The notes under the pieces are model-generated. The model searched no databases and was not told the DNA's origin. It saw nothing but the letters and a program-made list of their open reading frames with translations. A stretch of DNA of 64,000 bases from Phoronis australis (taxonomy: Eukaryota; Animalia; Phoronida). Shown one piece after another: positions 11,771 to 23,900 of the stretch. Position numbers and translations under genes: made by a program. The stretch spans positions 1,401,860 through 1,465,859 of the forward strand of contig NMRA01000016.1 in NCBI GenBank assembly GCA_002633005.1. Reading direction: 5' to 3'. Numbering within the stretch: position 1 is the first letter of the stretch; each line of letters begins with the position of its first letter.

Positions 11771-14050
11771 GGTTGTGACACGCCACAGCAAATACCAAAC
11801 ACCATTGAAGAACATTATTTAGTGGATAAGAAATTCTTGTCTTGCAAAGAGCAATCTCGCACGGGCAACATAGTTTTCAATATTTTAATTTTAAAAGAAC
11901 AGCAATCATCGTTAAACCTTTTTGAGAATAATATAACATTGATCATCTAGCACAACTGAAAAGGCCAGAATATATTACAGTTGAGCATGGGCCGTGGGGC
12001 GTAAGCCACGGGAAAAACCACTTGTGTAACTGTAACTGATAAAGATTTCCTATTTTAATTCCAGGTCTTTCATGCTTTCTTTATTAGGAATGTTGTAAAA
12101 TATTTATTTTAGATGTACAACAATCCAACATTCATCTCATCTGTTGTCAGCCGCATAGGAACACACCCGCCAATTTTGAGATTTCTAGGATGCCGGACGA
12201 CGGACGCCGGAAGACCAGAGATGCACGCACATATAAGTATATGGACGCATAAAAAGGAGCTCGTCCAGCCTCTTAATTCTCCTATCCATCTGTTTCTCAG
12301 ACGATGGTCCCCGCGCTGGCGTTACCCGCCTTGATGTACCTCTCCACCTCCATGTCCCCTCGGGCCGGTATCCCCTGAAACTGATGGAGATAGAGACACT
12401 GTTGGAGAAAATGTGACAGAGGAGACACCGCTACTGACCCAGAAAAGGAGTTTGAACACCATGTCTGATTAAAACAGAAATATTTCCCTTTGTTCTCAAA
12501 ACTGAAGTGAAAATGCTTTTTTCCGATGCTAAAGAAAATATTTGCACACTTTTCTATTTCCTATTCTACAAAAGTTGCTGATGATTTAAGCAGAAAAAAT
12601 TTAGATCAATGAAGATTTCTGCATGGATGTTCAAAAACTATTAAATCTGCCTTTCTGGAAGTGTTCATGAATGGAGCATATTTCAAAAGTTGAAAATATG
12701 TTACAATTTGTGGAACGGAATAAAACATGATTCGTGATAATGTGTACATAAGTTTATCACGGTAAAAAATCAAGTGTGTGTAGAATTTAAAAAGAGTGTG
12801 CTATACATACATCTTCAAGTCAAATTAGTAATGACCAGGACCAGCACATAGTTTGACCAACATACGTAAGTCGCAAAAATTACTTTTTGTGAAAGCAATT
12901 GCAAGTAGCCCACTTATTTTTAAGTTTGATAAAGTTTGTATTGTTTGAATTGGATATCAACAGAACTGGAAAGTTGAAGATTTACCCAGTATTAGCTTCT
13001 TTTTTCATCATTCAGAGTCTCTGAGTTTGGCCATAGATTATTTGAACGTGTGAACTGTCTCAGTTTCTGAGCTCGTGATTGGCTAAAGAAGAAGCATGCA
13101 GCGCTAGCCCTTGCTAAATAATTTTACATTAGGAGAGAATAAAAACCAATTTTTTTACAAAAAAATGTCCAACTTAAAATTTGGGACTTTTCAAATGTCA
13201 AACGCTTGAAGCTCTACTCGCCATACAAGAAAAAATAAGATGCACCCCTGACACGGTCACTGGCGCCATGACCCACGGCCAACCAGGACTATAAGGAGCA
13301 ACCAAAATGTTAGGCCAAAACTATGAAATATGAATATCATAAAACGAATTTCCTGAGACTGAACTAAGGGTATATTTCCAATTCTGAAGTTTTGCAAGGC
13401 AGAGAAGTTCACAAAAATTACACCGTTAGCTAATTGCAGAGAAACGAGGATGGATTTTTTCAGAGTCTGTTCGGCCGACTTACTTAAAGCGCTCGCTGAC
13501 GATTTTTATCTATTGGCTACAGTAAGTGCTGCCACATTACGAAAATGCTCATTAAAAAAATGCTCATGAACTGACTACTCGGTCTTTTTACAAACATTTT
13601 TTTTACTTTCACCTTTACACTCGGCAACTAAACTAATAAATCACCAATGTCAACATTAACGGCCTACGTGAGATAAATGCTCTCGGATAACGACACAAAT
13701 TTTGACAACAATGATGCAGGTCGTGACTAAGTTGTCGCTCGTCATTACCACTTCGACGGTAAACAAGTGTCACGTGACTTCAAGGGCCCCGTCTTGTCCA
13801 GTGTTTTGCTTAACATAGCGTGTTGTTGTTATATGAATAAGGAAGTAACAAGTTTAGGGATGGTTTTGTCACGACGAACCTCATCTCATGCCACCAAACA
13901 CAGGTGCGGGAAATCGTATCGCTCATCATCTAATCATGACAGCTCACCGACAAGCGGCACTCACTCCGCCACAAAACCGTGGTCTAAAAGGCGGTGTCCG
14001 GTATTGTCAGTTCATAGGTCTGCGTAGAACTTAAAGACCTATATATCTAA

Positions 14051-14428
14051 GTTTCCACTTACTGGTCCAGCAGGAAACCAATAAGAAGCTCATTTAAACC
14101 TTTCAAATGATTTAAACATATTTTTGGAACTGAGTGATTACTCCCCTTGAACGGTTGTGGTCGCAGCTTGGAAGAGATGGCTAACCCCATGCGCGTACCC
14201 AGCCTTCAATATGGGGGGGGCTCGAATTCCAGACTTNCTACGTTTCCACTTACTGGTCAAGCAGAAAACCAATAAGAAGCTCATTTAAACCTTTCAAATG
14301 ATTTAAACATATTTTTGGAACTGAGTGATTACTCCCCTTGAACGGTTGTGGTCGCAGCTTGGAAGAGATGGCTATAACCCCCATGCGCTCACCCAGCCTT
14401 CAATATGGGGGGCTCGAATTCCAGACTT
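14051..14428. repeat. Direct duplication across a single-N join (probable haplotype overlap)
   Basis: 14051-14236 is nearly identical to 14242-14428; N at 14237. Confidence 0.85.
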
Positions 14429-14606
14429 CGTGGACCTTTTGGTAACAAAAAAGTCGGCCCACTAAAAAATTAAAAAAACGGGAGCACCACTGTGAATTAC
14501 GCGTTTGCGCATGTTTAATGGATTTATACCTCATTTTCTCGGACTTTTTGTCTCTCAGAGGCGGACCTTTTTGCCCACTTCGCTACCCCCCCTGGGTGCG
14601 CTCATG
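14382..14606. mobile_element. Short TIR element with CATG termini
   Basis: CATGCGC(G/T)(T/C)ACCCAG ... CTGGGTGCGCTCATG. AACCC precedes the allelic left end at 14188 and follows the right end. Confidence 0.55.
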
Positions 14607-17600
14607 AACCCTAAATGATTTTGTGCAACATGTTTTACTTGTTATGAATTTTCTGGATGCCCCTGTGGCTAATGTTTTGCGAAACATTATAATCGGTTGT
14701 TCCTCTGAGCTTACTATGTTTTGTTCCAATACATAAAAATTAAGACCATTTCACACTTTCTCACAAAATCTTCAATCATCCCTTCTAATAAACATCGTTA
14801 TATCTTTAAAGTAATATGAATTTTAATAAGTGTTTCCATCTAGCTTTTGAATTTGATCCCAGAGATTTAAGGGAGTCAATTTTAAATCGCCCGTCTTTAA
14901 AACAACACAGCACTTCGACGGCTAAACCCAAACAATACAAAATGTACACCGAATGATGATAACTCTAAATAACAAACACCTATCCCAATCACCCATTTAG
15001 CGTTCACGCTACACTCATCACAACGATTCGTGATTGTTTATATATCCGGGTTAGCACAGTCAACTTTACACAGTTACTCCTTTAGTTGCATTATTTTTGC
15101 GCCCAATAAGAAGGAAAATATTATTGGTGGGGTACAAGCTACTTCGCCTTCCCCACACATTTGCCCTCCCCATGGAGTCAGGCTCCGGCCAGATTTCCCT
15201 ATCGTCACCTCTTCCCCGCTGTCCGTCGCCAATGTCGCAACTCACCGCCGCCACAGTCGTGCAAACGTTGCTGTTTGGAGGGCTGACCCCTTAGAGGAAG
15301 CCAACAAAAACCTGGATACCCGTGTTTCAACTAAATATCGAGAGAAAGTCACCTGTCCGAGTTTCCGTAGTCAGCCCCGCCCCCTTGGGAGGCAAATGAT
15401 TAGAATTCAGCGAGTTTTACCACCCCAAGGTTAAAGTCACTGAAACGCCAATTTATTTGAGTGTCATTTCAAAAAAAAATTGTCTTGAATGTGAACGTTG
15501 CTCTTAGGGGGTCAAAGGACAGAGATTTCTCGAATTTCAGGCAGCAGTTAAGTTTACTGAAGCATCGTTATTTTTATGAGATTTGCTTTTAATTGGAAAA
15601 ATTGACTATAAATCAGTTTGTTTTCGCAAGATACATAAACACGTTTTTGTCAAAAAGCAATGAACCCTTGCAGGTTACCAGACAGAAGAAAATAATCTTG
15701 ACTTGTTGGAAAGTTACTTAGCGATGCAATATAAAACCTTAAGGCACACACAGCACGCCTTTTAAGTTAACTGCAGGTTGTTAGTTGTGAGGCTTTCTCA
15801 AATCTTTAATATACTCTCAGTTGTCTACCGGCCCAACCCCTATGCCGGTTTCATCAAGACGGTTGCAAATACTTGGGGAAAGACGAATATTTTTAATATC
15901 CTCCCTCCCCCCGGCAAAGTCAATCAGGTGTTGTTACAAGGGGTCCTAACGATATTTGTGTAGACATCTTATCTCCGACCTTAAACTCGAACTCTGTTTT
16001 TATATTGTTTATTCTTCTATAGTACAAACTCGGTATCAGTGTTTTTGACATTGAAGCTGAAAACAAGTAACCAGTTTGATTTTGGAGCTTGATGTCAAGA
16101 CCGTGGCTGTAGTTTTTGTTTAAATCATTCCAAAACAGTCAAACCGTCTCTTATTTTTACGCATAGCACATCACACTAAATGTGTCGTAACTGCGCAGAC
16201 GTTTACTGTACTGGACAGTAGACATGTTCTTACCGCGAGATGTTCTTTTACTTGTAGGTATACCGTCAAGTCATGAATAACCCTTTTAGAACGACGATAA
16301 ACGATGATATAGAGAGTGAAAACGTCATCAGTTGGGATGTTCACTCGGGTACGTTTTGATGTCTAACATTTTGCGTTTATTTCATTTATTAAAAAGGTAT
16401 TATAAACTTCGAAGTTGTTTGCATTTCATTGAAGGTTTGATATCTTTACTTCCTATAGTGTCTTAAATTTTAGAACAATTTCTGGTGCGTTACGGCGACA
16501 TGGACAAGTGGGACATAGCGTGACGATTAATATACGTCATTGAATATTCGACGAAATGCACCATCGACTTGGACTCGAGCCCATTTATATTAAGGAATGT
16601 TTATTTCCCGGAGTAAAAAATTCCGCGATTTAGTGTTGTGCTACAAAAACATGTTATTTTTGTGCAGTTGGAAGAAAGAAGAGTGAACAATTCTGAGCAT
16701 TGCGTACGAAATTCCAGAGAAGTTTTTTAAAACAGTCTTTCGACAGTTACAGTTTCCATAATCAGACAAAAGGGGAAAGGACCTACCACCTCCACGGACA
16801 CGACCAAACGACAAAAAAAACGCCGGTCTCTTCCGGAAACTGATTATGTGTCCACAAAATCTCACAGTGACTGGTATCTTTCAGAAACTTGTATTTCTTA
16901 CCATAGTGCCTTCATTGAGCAGTGAGCTGTAAAAATGCTGTAAAAATGCACTTCAAATTAAATAATTAACTCACGGATGGTGGCGCCGGAGGCGGTGATT
17001 TTAACTTTGGTTTACCTAAAATGGTAAGCTCATTTTAGTGCCGCCATCAATAAATCATCGATATACTTGAAGTATTTAAAAGGTAATTTTTAGGGAAGCA
17101 ATATTTTGTTACAAATAGGCCCAAAGAATATGGACAAAAGTAAGTGTTCCCCCTTCAGTTACTCATGCAAATCCCATGAATACAAGTACAATTGACCTTC
17201 CAAGGGTGTTTATGTGACGCACCTGCGCAATCTAATGTATATTTATGATTTTGATAATAAAAATCGTGTGTTGTGGTTTTATGCAATGGCAGACACGCAG
17301 TGTTGTTATGAACTGACCTGAACGTTTAAAGTTATTTATAAATATGTACATAAAATTTCACTTCGACGCATTCCAGGAGGACATAAGTAATAATGCATAT
17401 TTTAACACAAGTTATACGACATAAAAGCGACTACAAATTCTGGGGGAACTCGACAATGTTTCAGAGGAAGGTCAGTGGCGCTAAGAAATGAGGATACCTA
17501 TCCCTGTAGAGGGTCAGCATGATAAAGACACACCTTTTAGAGAATTGGCGTGAAGTAAAGGAACCGTTTGTAAGAATTCCCTATGTAAACGTCACCTTTC

Positions 17601-17811
17601 CATGTTTGTTCACATGACTTATTTTGCTGGAGTTTCAACCTCTTCAAATTATTGAAAAATTCATCTAACAATCCTTTAGCCTGTATTAAACGCGAACGGA
17701 ATATGAGACCCTCATGCAAACTTCTACCGCAAAAATGGACCATTCACTAAATTTCCTCAATGAGTCTTGCGTGGGGAATTAATCAGAAAAGGTGCAAAAT
17801 ATCGGCACGGA

Positions 17812-17932
17812 AAGAGGGGCGGGGGGGGGGGCATNGGGAGGGAGGGGGATGGAGGAAGGGGGCGAGATAGGGAAGGAGGGAGGAGGTGAAGGAGGGAGGG
17901 AGGGAGGAAGGAGAAGACCGAGGGAGGGAGGT
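17812..17932. repeat. Purine-rich (GGA/GGGA) low-complexity tract
   Basis: Directly visible; contains a single N at 17834. Confidence 0.8.
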
Positions 17933-19887
17933 AACGTAATCTTTATATGTTTGAAACATTTAGGATACATTTAACTGTTACTTTCTTTAGAATGATATAG
18001 TCAATATTGAACGGTAATTAGTGTACCCATAAACAAGAATTTCTCTGCATCACCGAGGTGTTTCTAGTTATGATTCATTTTTGTTCATAATTTTGTATTT
18101 AAGTCCTGCTAATAGGAGCAAGACGAAGTCGTAAACTCTAAATTTTATCCTTAAAGCAACTAATGAACTGCATTATGGACTTGGTGTCATTATGTGTAAT
18201 TAGGGACTCGCCTTCCAAAAGAACGAAGGTTTTTACCCCAAAATGTGAATTTAGGAATTTAAACCATGGTTCTCAAAGACCCTGCCGCACTGAGCTTCAA
18301 ACATGATGTAGGTTAAACATGCGAATATCAACAATAAGAAATATTAAATATCTGAAGAAGGGTGTGTGAAAGGAGAAACGCAACCCAGAAACATGAAGCA
18401 AAGCTTGATTTACAAAGCTTGCTTGTTCAATTTTTTTTAGTCTGTTACACTTTTTGAAACCCCACAGACAGATACTAAATGATAAATATGGTCATGTTAA
18501 AGAATTGAAAATAAGTGGAAATGCACGGGTTGGAATATGTTTCAAAACGAATAAGTTGCTTTCTAACCGTTCTGTATCGTTGATGTTTATTCTGATTTTT
18601 GGTTTATTAATGCCGTTTATACTTATTATGACGATAGTGAAAAGCATTTTGGTTGCTATCGTGTTAAGGGAAAGGCTGTTTTCAAGAAACCAGTAGTAGA
18701 TTCTTTGTAACGTGTTGTGTATAGATTCAGTGTGGACATGAATATTTTCATGAAGGCACAATACTACGAATGTGTTATCCGCAAACATTAGCAATTTACA
18801 ACACGCGGCCTACGAATGTAAAATCCCCCCGGCTTTTTAAAATCCCGTTTTGCCGCTTCGCTACGACTATCCTTTTACTTCAAATACCTAAGACGCTATC
18901 GGGGGGAAGGGGGGCGGTTGTCAAATGAACTGTGTTCTCATAGTAGTTTACTCATTGCAAATTATCACAAGTCTTATACTGTTCCGTTGTTTTTATTAAG
19001 TTTCTTGATGACTGGTTCAAGATCCAAACAGATGCAGAATGGGAAATTAACTTTCACAGCGAGTTCGCCGCTGCACCACCAGCCAGACACCTCTCCACGT
19101 CCTCAACTACATTTGAAGATGACGTAGTTGGTATGACTTCCGTGCAGCGCTAAGATTAGGCAACGGCAATAAAACTGAAGAACCATAACCAGTCAAGTTT
19201 AACAACGGAGAAAATCCTGATAACGTGCGAATCTGATGCTAATAAAACACCTGACAAATATGACTGATGTTTATCTTTTGATAGAATAAAAATATTGCAA
19301 GCCCAGTTGTTTATTTGTTTTCGAATTTATATCAGTTAAAACCGCAAGCAGAGCACTTAAATGAAGAACTTGACATCTGGAAAATGTGTCCATCGTCTGT
19401 TATTTCCTCGTTTTTTGGACTTTCAAAATCAAAAGGTGCGGAGAACATTCCGGTAGTTTCCTATAAAAAGCATAGCTTCAGCGTGAATGAGAAATTTGCA
19501 GTAAAAACATAATTTTTTGCGGAGGGTCAAACTCAACGAGGCCATTCACACAGGTAATTACAAAAGTAGCATAAGTTTTGAATTATGATTTGCCACGTAA
19601 AATATTTTTGAGCAACTGCTTTTAGAAAAACCACCTTTTCGATAAAAGAAAACAATCAGAAATTATGTGGCTGAATTTGATAATATTCTTTGAAATATAA
19701 TCAAATTTTGCTTTTCTTGAAATATCAATGAACTTTATTTAGATGCTTTTCAACTTAGGCTAATTATTTGTCTTTGCTTTTAAGAAAAATTAGTGAATTG
19801 TGGAAATGCTATCAGTTTTGCAGCGGCGCCTCATTTAAAGTCTTCTCGTGAGAATTCCCGTGAGACGCATATCCACAGCAAGTAAAG

Positions 19888-19981
19888 ATGAATAGCATCC
19901 GCTTCATCGCTATACTCGGTCTCGTCCTACTGCTATTGGACAAAAAGTTTGTGAATGGGGATGGCTTATACGGAGTGGGAG
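19888..19981 (+). CDS. Gene B exon 1, copy 1 (signal peptide; allelic or duplicated copy)
   Basis: MNSIRFIAILGLVLLLLDKKFVNGDGLYGVG+G, donor gtaagc. Encodes the same peptide as the copy at 20829. Confidence 0.7.
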
Positions 19982-20828
19982 GTAAGCTACATTGTTATAT
20001 TACCGCCATGATAATCCAAGATGAGATTTAGATAATAATTCAGAAAACGTACTTCAAGAGGAAATTGTATATTCGTCTTACCCAGTAGACACCTTATTTG
20101 CTTCAAAGATAAGCTATTTTAAAGGACAATTTTATATCCTGCTTCAGTGATTTCACCCAAAATGGGTTCTGTTATCTACTACTGCACATTGGGTCACAAA
20201 ATGAATCCTGTGGTTCGTGACTAGGGCAACAAAGCATTAATTAGATTTTTTGGACCTAATTGAGCAAGTGGTATTACCTGTGGATATGGTTTATAGGGCC
20301 GTCCAGGATTACACAGCAACACTCGAACCTCGCTGTATTTACCCACAATGCCGTAAACATTTGCTGCCTCGTTTTTGTGCCAATGGAGTTTCACATTTTA
20401 TTTGTTGTTGTCTAATTCTTTACAAGTNAAAGCATAGCTTCTGTGTGAACTAGAAATTTGCAGTAAAAACACTGCGGAGGGTTAAACTTAACGCGGCTAT
20501 TCACACAGGTAATTACAAAAGTAGCATAGGTTTTGAATTATGATTTGCCAGGTAAAGTATTTTTGAGCAACTGCTTTTAGAAAAATCACCTTTTTGATAA
20601 AAGAAAACAAGATTTAAGCGGCAGAATTGGATAATATTCTTTGAAATATAATTAAATTTTGCTTTTCAAGGTAATCTATTTAGATGCTTTTCAACTTAGG
20701 CCAATTCTTTGTGTTTGTTTTTCCGAAAAATTAGTGAATTGTGGAAATGCTATCAGTTTTGCAGCGGCGCCTCATTTAAAGTCTTCTCGTGAGAATTCCC
20801 GTGAGACGCATATCCACAGCAAGAAAAG

Positions 20829-20922
20829 ATGAATAGCATCCGCTTCATCGCTATACTCGGTCTCGTCCTACTGCTATTGGACAAAAAGTTTGTGAATGGG
20901 GACGGCTTATACGGAGTGGGAG
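20829..20922 (+). CDS. Gene B exon 1, copy 2 (signal peptide)
   Basis: aagATG start, 94 nt, phase-1 donor gtaagc. Confidence 0.8.
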
Positions 20923-23900
20923 GTAAGCTACATTGTTATAATACCGCATGATAATCCAAGATGAGATTTAGATAATAATTCAGAATACCTGTAATATACT
21001 TGTAATACCTGTCACGGACAGGATCATTGGGGATATGCTGGTGCATTAATCCCCTCCCCAGACCATCCCCGTGACAGCAGAGGGCGCAGAACTCCAGGGC
21101 TGACGTTGCCTGTAAGCATAATAATTCAGAAAACGTACTTCAGTAGACACCTTATTTACTTCAAAGATAAGCTATTTTAAAGGATAATTTTATATCCTGC
21201 TTCAGTGATTTCACCCAAAATGGGTTCTGTTATCTACTGCTGCACATTGGGTCACAAAATGAATCCTGTGGTTCGTGACTAGGACAACAAAGCATTAATT
21301 AGATTTTTTGGACCTAATTAAGCAAGTGGTATTACTTGTGGATATGGTTTATAGGGCCGTCCCGGATTACACGGCAACACTCGAACCTCGCTGTATTTAC
21401 CCACAATGCCGTAAACATTTGCTGCCTCGTTTTTGTGCCAATGGAGTTTCACATTTTATTTGTTGTTGTCTAATTCTTTACAAGTTTTTCTCGGTTACAT
21501 TAATTCTATTTGTCCTTCCAATGCCTATAAAATATTACTGCTGTGCTGTGGGCTGAAACTCCGACGTGAGACAATTTGATAAACTGGATGCGTGATTTGA
21601 TATTCTTTGCCTTTCCGACATCAGTGAGAGGCACGAAAATGTGCCTGATTTCCAAAACAAGGTCACGGGCTTTCTATCGCCGTGTAATCTGGAACGGCCC
21701 TAGTAGGGTTTAGCTGCCTATACCGAGCGCTACATCGGCCGGTTAAAAATGAATAACTTCAAAGAAAGATAAAATAACAATTAGGCTGTTTAATAAGCCA
21801 AATAACACACATGACCCACCACAGCATAACCAAATATAACAAAAACTGTGAACTTGCATTGTCTTACAGCTCACGTTTCGTGGCAGTCGCAAAAATGAAA
21901 TTAAAGTGGCCATTTTGTTAAACGGAATGTAACCTAAACGGAGTTTTTAGTCACATGGGTCAACGTGCTATCGTTTGAGGGATTATTATTGACCTAAAGT
22001 TAGTCAGAATTACACGTATTTCTACGGGAAATGCATGCAGAAATACTGTACTAAACAAAACACTCAAATGATTGGTGAGCATGGGTCCTGCTCGAATTTT
22101 GCGATTTTGAAAAAAGCTGAAAAATCGTAATTTGTCTGGAAATAGTTAACTAGAAAAAGCCAAGATTGACAAATGAACATAACATATTTTTATAATATTG
22201 TTTGGTTGCATCGTAATTTCGGTTCATTCTATGTTTTGATTTCAGAGAGAATTTACAAGGTGGAGCAAAGAGTTAATGTAAGTTTCTTGTTGAATATTGA
22301 AAATTCAATTGATAAACAAAACGAAATGTTATTATTAAAGACATCACACGGAGTTGTAGGTAAAACATCGCCAGGCGTTCAGGCGATGCCAGTGTAATAG
22401 GAATGCTGCTACCTGTCAATACTAGATTGTATATACCAGTAAATACACTGCCAAAGTTGCAATTGAAGGTCTTCATTCCTGTATTCGTCCTAAATATGTA
22501 GATTAATGGTCACGTGATCAAAAAGTTGTGACCTTGGTCGCAAGAAAGCATAGCTGTCAACGGAGATTTTTAACAAGAAACTAAGTAAAGTGCATTGGTG
22601 ATGGCATTGTGTTGCATAAGTAAACGATCGAAGAAGATCAAACAACAAAGTCTATTATTGTCTGAACTTGTTGGACTAATTCTTCTAGTATTTACTACAG
22701 TTTTTTTCAAAAGTTATCGCCAGCTCCCGGCGATAACAATCGGTTGGCAAGTTACCCTACTGTATTTTAGCGCAGTGTTGTAGGACCAATTTGTGGAGTT
22801 GTTGTTGTTGCTGCTTCTTTTCACGTTTCGTCAACATTTGTTACTTTTTCATTTCCTTGTCTTCAGGCTTACGTAATATTACATAATGTTGTTTTCAAGG
22901 ATACAACAATTCTTCCTTCGTCATGTTTATGTTTTGATTTCCAGGACCTCAACAGCAAGTACTACGAACTTCTGCAGTAAGTTTGTCTTATCATTAGTGC
23001 AGTTACGTGTATTTTCCTCGAGTTCCTAATTAGAAAAGTATATATTGTCAAAAATTTTACTACTTGATGAATAACTATGCGGAAAGCTTTGAACTTCAAG
23101 AAACGTATTTCGTGTTGCTAATTAAAGGACATGTTTCAATTTTTTAACGTGTGTTGTGGTCAGTTTGGCACGTTTGACATATGACAAGATGTAACAATGT
23201 ATTCCAAGCCTTTCATATGATGAATTAAAGACGGGAAATAGCAGGCCAGATTTATTTTAACGTGTTAATACATTTATTTTGGTCAGCACTGTTTAACTAC
23301 TGTCATCAGTTACGCTTTCCCATTAGGTTTTATGGAAAATTTGCCAAAACTCTTCGCTTATCAGACGACGCAGTCCATTCGTACTCTCAAACGAATATTG
23401 AGTTAAGGGTTCGAAGCAAACTGGAAATTATTCTCCTTTACAAGTGTTTAGGAAAATGATCACTCTTCTTCTTTATTTATATACGTGCCTCTATTGAGAG
23501 CAAGTGAACTACGGTACAGTAACAAAGAACACTTACCGAAACTTCGGTAAAAGCGAAGTTTCACCTCTAATGAGTGCTACAAGGAATGTTTCGTATGACG
23601 TAATTTTGACGTCATTATGACGTTTTGGACCCAGTGTGACGACATGTCTATTCTTATTTCCTGGTTCAAATCGCGTCATCTACTGCCATGACACGCCATC
23701 ACTAATCAAGCGAATTCTGTGGTCTGTAACATCGGCTGCATACATTATGTAAACGACGACGAGAGTCAGGAATGCGGAACTGTTTCAAACTTTTGTTTAT
23801 CGATACATGCTCATTTTTCCGTAATAATGAAGAAACAAAATCATCCGTTGACAATGAAGTTTTTTTTTCGCTGTAATACGAAGCGACGTATGGGTTCCAA

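Larger units (their letters stand above)
19467..21485. repeat. About 1-kb direct duplication across a single-N join, including promoter and exon 1 of gene B
   Basis: 19467-20427 versus 20429-21485, with SNPs and indels; N at 20428. Confidence 0.9.

Noticed and set aside
11226-11822. Poly-Leu/Ser/Ala/Asp-Gly ORFs
   Set aside because: Microsatellite open in most frames; no splice or domain support.
11975-13295. GC-richer exon-like segment (12113-12470) between weak inverted repeats
   Set aside because: Stops in all frames and no recognisable domain; possibly an old transposon but cannot be classified.
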